Below are positions 46,251-49,613 of a stretch of 49,613 nucleotides of DNA, piece by piece. Source of the stretch: a virus (lineage: Duplodnaviria; Caudoviricetes); IMG/VR virus record IMGVR_UViG_3300022307_000003, positions 1 to 49,613 of that record; one strand, given 5' to 3'. The position numbers and the translations under genes are program-made. The stretch's first letter is position 1. Each line of letters starts with the position of its first letter. Under the pieces are notes generated by a model that worked only from the letters and a program-made list of their open reading frames with translations, ran no database searches and was not told the DNA's origin.

Positions 46251-47183
46251 TTATATAGTTAGCCCGATTTCTGACAGGTCGTCAAATCCAAAGCGGTACG
46301 ATTGCGCGCGTGAATACCAGTACGGCGTTTCAATTATCATAGGATCGGCAGTCGCGGCCGAGTCGTAGTCTGGCCACGCACCTGCATGCATGCACGCATC
46401 CCAGACATCGATGGCACGTTGCCACTGGGCGCGGGCGATGTCCATGTCTTGTTCGGACGGTCGCACCCTGGACACCGCGAAAGGCGGAGCTGACTCAAAG
46501 AACACCCACCGAAATTCAACGGTGCCTGCAAGCTCAGGGAACACCGCGCTCAGCCCTGACGTGTATGCGGCTGCCTGTACTGGGTAGCGATACCTCGCCA
46601 TTGCTGTTGAAATTTCTTCAGGAGCTGCTGACACACAGCTTTTTAGATCCGTTATCACGTGGCCCTGAACATAGTCAACCTTTGCTCTGCATTGCACCTT
46701 GCGCCCGCTACCAGCAACCTCCTCCCATATGATAACTTGCTCTGCCTTGCCATCCGAGAAGTGGACCCCTTTATACCCCATTCGCCTCTTGAGAGCCCGC
46801 ACGGTTGCGTCGTTGTCTTGCTCGTCAGTAAAAAGCACAGGTATTTTCCCGGCTGTCCGGATGGCGTCGCGCATCTCTTGGGCCACTTTGGTTTTGTAGT
46901 TTTCGACGCCCTCCGGGATGACCATGCGGTGATCGTTACCAGTGCCGAGCAGCCCAGCATGCATAACGGTGCCCCGCTCCATGGCGGCTGTCGGCTTGCT
47001 GCGCTCACCACCAAGGCGCGGGTGAAGAAGAAACGCATGCGCTGGGCTTTTAGCGTCCAGCACTTTCGCCATTGATGCCGACAGCGAAGGCACTCGGCAC
47101 GGGTCCGCGTGGTACTCGTCATCGCTCATGGGACCGACCCATGCTGTGCCGCTGAGCCCATTTTCTCTGATGGGGAGCTTCAT
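46251..47183 (-). CDS. Exonuclease VIII/RecE-like PD-(D/E)xK nuclease (DUF3799-like)
   Basis: DEYHAD..LSAS..SPAH, GTVMH, CRAKVD, DLKS and YPVQAAAY motifs. Confidence 0.9.
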   Translation of the reverse strand: MKLPIRENGLSGTAWVGPMSDDEYHADPCRVPSLSASMAKVLDAKSPAHAFLLHPRLGGERSKPTAAMERGTVMHAGLLGTGNDHRMVIPEGVENYKTKVAQEMRDAIRTAGKIPVLFTDEQDNDATVRALKRRMGYKGVHFSDGKAEQVIIWEEVAGSGRKVQCRAKVDYVQGHVITDLKSCVSAAPEEISTAMARYRYPVQAAAYTSGLSAVFPELAGTVEFRWVFFESAPPFAVSRVRPSEQDMDIARAQWQRAIDVWDACMHAGAWPDYDSAATADPMIIETPYWYSRAQSYRFGFDDLSEIGLTI

Positions 47184-47431
47184 TTGCGCAACCCCCCATC
47201 CATGTCGCGTAGCAAGGTGCACGCGCAGGAATACGCTCCTACACCAGACTCAAAAATTGCTGACGCTGACTGAAGTTCGCCAAGGCCGTTCAGTGGCCTA
47301 CCGTTTTCAAGGCACCTCTCCACGTCGGAAAGAATTGCCTCGATGTGCCCGATTGCAGTTCGTATTTGCCGCTCTGCCGCGGCCTTCCGTTGTTCGATCA
47401 GTCTCCTAGTTTCGTCAGCATCACTCACCAC
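47180..47431 (-). CDS. Hypothetical protein
   Basis: Overlapping neighbours. Confidence 0.55.
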   Translation of the reverse strand: MVSDADETRRLIEQRKAAAERQIRTAIGHIEAILSDVERCLENGRPLNGLGELQSASAIFESGVGAYSCACTLLRDMDGGLRK

Positions 47432-47696
47432 TCACCTCCATCTCATCCACAGCATCCGCAAACGCCTCCAACCCGTCATCCCAAAACGCGCGCAGCGCCT
47501 CACACTTGTCATCATGGCACAGGTCCTCGCGAAACACGCGCAACCGTTCGCCCCATGCGTCTGCCTGCTCACGGTGATTGCGTGTTCGCGTCCACACGGC
47601 AGACTGCAGGTCGTCCACTGCATCACCGTAGTGATCGTGCTCGTTGAATTCTACGTCATCGTGCGGAGTGAGGCATGGTTCAGTTGTGATTTTCAT
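47421..47696 (-). CDS. Acidic hypothetical protein
   Basis: ATG at 47696 overlaps the upstream stop. Confidence 0.6.
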   Translation of the reverse strand: MKITTEPCLTPHDDVEFNEHDHYGDAVDDLQSAVWTRTRNHREQADAWGERLRVFREDLCHDDKCEALRAFWDDGLEAFADAVDEMEVSGE

Positions 47697-47881
47697 ATCA
47701 CCCTCGCCGTCTGCGCCGTCGCGCGGTGTAGCGCCTCCCAATGTGCGTCAGCATCGTCCCGCGTGTCTGACTCGACGCGGGCAAAGCATCTCACACACAC
47801 GACAGCTAGCACAGGCTCGCTGTCAATATAGTCAGCGTCGCGGATAGGCGCGCGCCCACAACATTCGGCCAGTGCTCTCAC
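47693..47881 (-). CDS. Lar-like zinc-ribbon protein
   Basis: ECCG...VVCVRC.A....DDADAHW. Confidence 0.5.
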   Translation of the reverse strand: MRALAECCGRAPIRDADYIDSEPVLAVVCVRCFARVESDTRDDADAHWEALHRATAQTARVI

Positions 47882-48720
47882 TTCGCACCGCCTTCTTCTA
47901 CCATCGCAAAGCCAAGCTCGTTTGATCCTGTTGGGATGGCGATTGCGAGTCCGCTTGCGTAAGCTTCGCGTATTCCAGCGGTGAGGAGCATGGGGTCACC
48001 ATCCACCCACCCAGACAGTGCGGAAAACTGAAATGTCAGCGCATCACACGCATCCCGCGCAGCCCGCGCATCCCGCGCATCCCACGCAGGCCGCGCAGGC
48101 CACGCATCCCACGCAGGCCGCGCAGGCCGCGCAGGCCACGCATCCCACGCATCCCGCGAAGCCCACGCAGCCCACGCATCCCACGCATCCCACGCAGGCC
48201 GCGCAGCCCACGCAGCCCACGCATCCCACGCAGTATCGAATTGCCGCAATGACCATTGGAGTCCGCGTGTTTCTAGCGCGATGCACAGGCCATTTTTTAC
48301 CGCGCATTCCTCGCGCATTGGACGTGATAGCGCTCGCCTCCATGCCATTTGCGAGTCAGCCATATCTCCCGCGTGGATTCCGAACGCTCCCGATAACTCT
48401 GATACCCCGACGCGCACCTCGTTCTCCGACAGTATCTCGACGATATCCATCTCAGCACAGCGCACTTTGTCACCACGCAACAGCGCACCTGCGATCTCCA
48501 CTCGTGCCACGACAGACGGCCGCCCGCTGGGCCACAGTCCGCCGATGCGAAGCGCGTCACGCAGGTTATGGCAGGCATTCCATCCGGCGCCGCACGGTGA
48601 ATTGGTTGAGTCTACTTTAACTCGCGGAAGACTAAACGGAACGCTGCCGTCCCACACGGGATCGCCCCCTTGAATCGGTGAGCGAAAATCGTGAGTGAAT
48701 ACTTTATATGCCGTAGTCAT
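47878..48720 (-). CDS. Hypothetical protein with A-(W/R)-(D/A/P) repeats
   Basis: [14 protein letters not shown]-terminal domain plus 21 tripeptide repeats. Confidence 0.75.
   Translation of the reverse strand: MTTAYKVFTHDFRSPIQGGDPVWDGSVPFSLPRVKVDSTNSPCGAGWNACHNLRDALRIGGLWPSGRPSVVARVEIAGALLRGDKVRCAEMDIVEILSENEVRVGVSELSGAFGIHAGDMADSQMAWRRALSRPMREECAVKNGLCIALETRGLQWSLRQFDTAWDAWAAWAARPAWDAWDAWAAWASRDAWDAWPARPARPAWDAWPARPAWDARDARAARDACDALTFQFSALSGWVDGDPMLLTAGIREAYASGLAIAIPTGSNELGFAMVEEGGAK
48043..48231 (-). repeat. 9-bp tandem repeat GCG(T/C)GG(GAT/GCT/CCT) x21
   Basis: Read directly from the sequence. Confidence 0.93.
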
Positions 48721-48723
48721 GCT

Positions 48724-48912
48724 TTATACCTTCCCATCCGCCGCACGCTCGCGGCTGTTGTGGGATGCAATAGCTCCCATAGGATCCACTCGTACTAAAT
48801 CAGGCTTGCCGACGCAGGCGCATCGCATGGTCCACCCACGCACCCCATACGGGGACACGGGGCCCTTGTGCGTGCCGCACGCGCGGCATGGCTCGACTGT
48901 GAAGGTGGTCAT
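48724..48912 (-). CDS. Lar-like zinc-ribbon protein
   Basis: EPCRACG...MRCAC...AIASHN. Confidence 0.5.
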   Translation of the reverse strand: MTTFTVEPCRACGTHKGPVSPYGVRGWTMRCACVGKPDLVRVDPMGAIASHNSRERAADGKV

Positions 48913-49085
48913 TGCACGCCTGCATGATGCGCGGCATTACGCAGCGAATCAACTGCGGCGCCCATGCTGCCAACGTGGCCCCAGTTCACATGGGCGTCAC
49001 CCTCCAGCACTCTATCGCGGATAGCGTCCAGCAGCTCTAGCACTTCACACCGTTTTGCGTCGTATAATTCTGCGGCTGTTGCCAT
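48909..49085 (-). CDS. 58-aa hypothetical protein (absent from ORF track)
   Basis: MATAAELYDAKRCEVLELLDAIRDRVLEGDAHVNWGHVGSMGAAVDSLRNAAHHAGVQ; overlaps both neighbours. Confidence 0.65.
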   Translation of the reverse strand: MATAAELYDAKRCEVLELLDAIRDRVLEGDAHVNWGHVGSMGAAVDSLRNAAHHAGVQ

Positions 49086-49369
49086 CACTCACCACCGTCC
49101 TCGATGGCCTGCTCGATCGCGGCGCGGAATGCCTTGTTGTATTCAGCGCAGGCTGTCTCGAATTCTTCGGTCACGTTGTCGTCCGCATCAACGTACTCGA
49201 CGCCCAGAACGCGCGCCGCGTCATGGTAGCCGAGCGCATTGATGAGCAGCTCATCCGCGCCCATGGCTTCCCGCGCGGCGTCCTCCCAATAGCTGCGCGG
49301 GTTGTCAGCCATCCACTCCTGCGCGTCGTTGTAGCCCTCGATTTGTGCCTTGCTGGTTCGCGTTGTCAT
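49085..49369 (-). CDS. Acidic hypothetical protein, first gene of the leftward operon
   Basis: AGGAGG RBS; D/E-rich. Confidence 0.75.
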   Translation of the reverse strand: MTTRTSKAQIEGYNDAQEWMADNPRSYWEDAAREAMGADELLINALGYHDAARVLGVEYVDADDNVTEEFETACAEYNKAFRAAIEQAIEDGGE

Positions 49370-49439
49370 TCTGCCATCCTCCTGCGTCGGTCATCCCTGC
49401 CGACTCCCCAACTGTATGCCCTGGGCCGTGCAGTATCAA
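49370..49439 (-). promoter_or_regulatory. Early promoter/leader, copy 4 (main leftward promoter)
   Basis: TTGATA-17-TACAGT, then GTCGG-CAGGGATGA-CCGAC hairpin and AGGAGG. Confidence 0.8.
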
Positions 49440-49500
49440 GCTTTTTTGTTTGAAAAGAAAACCTGCAGGACGATTTCCTAGGAGACCGCACGTCGCCCCC

Positions 49501-49530
49501 TTGACACGCTAAACCGTCCCGCGTATCCAT
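49501..49530 (+). promoter_or_regulatory. Divergent rightward promoter
   Basis: TTGACA-17-TATCCA(T). Confidence 0.55.
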
Positions 49531-49536
49531 GGCATC

Positions 49537-49613
49537 ATGGACGCATACGACAGATTGGCGGAATGGGTGGCGTGGACGGGCGACAGCCAGCAGGTGGTCG
49601 CTGGCGTGCTCGA
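49537..49613 (+). CDS. Cro/XRE-like HTH protein, cut by the window edge, probably leaderless
   Basis: MDAYDRLAEWVAWTGDSQQVVAGVL; ATG lies about 7 nt after the -10; no SD. Confidence 0.55.
   Translation, partial: MDAYDRLAEWVAWTGDSQQVVAGVL

Noticed and set aside
48018-48620. Alternative-frame ORFs over the 9-bp repeat (THP, RGM, CVG repeats)
   Set aside because: They are open only because the repeat lacks stops; the 280-aa minus-strand ORF fits the operon packing.

Overview
This window is most of a tailed phage or prophage genome; no flanking host genes are evident. The + strand (1-27.9 kb) is a late operon: lambda-like packaging and head genes (TerS, GpA-type TerL, gpW, portal, S49 protease/scaffold, decoration protein, gpE-like capsid), a Mu-like contractile tail and baseplate, two receptor-binding/fibre genes, and a membrane/lipoprotein cluster with an HExxE protein but no recognisable endolysin. 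At 28.0-29.4 kb there is a decayed insert with an orphan HicB-like gene and an IS-like end. The - strand (29.4-49.4 kb) is an early/accessory arm containing ExoVIII-like nuclease, SSB, RtcB, DUF5131 radical SAM, ASCH, DUF3560, Lar-like and ribbon-helix-helix (RHH) genes, and a tRNA-Ile(UAU). The most striking unannotated structure is regulatory. Four sigma70-type early promoters each begin their transcript with a CAGGGA-loop hairpin in front of the RBS. A separately promoted and terminated ~100-nt antisense-orientation RNA (31065-31166) carries two co-linear segments complementary to that loop and to the RBSs. Lipoprotein style suggests a Myxococcota-like host (inference). No integrase, cI repressor or replication gene is recognisable; the genome probably continues beyond the right edge. 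All family assignments are by motif recognition from memory, not database searches.
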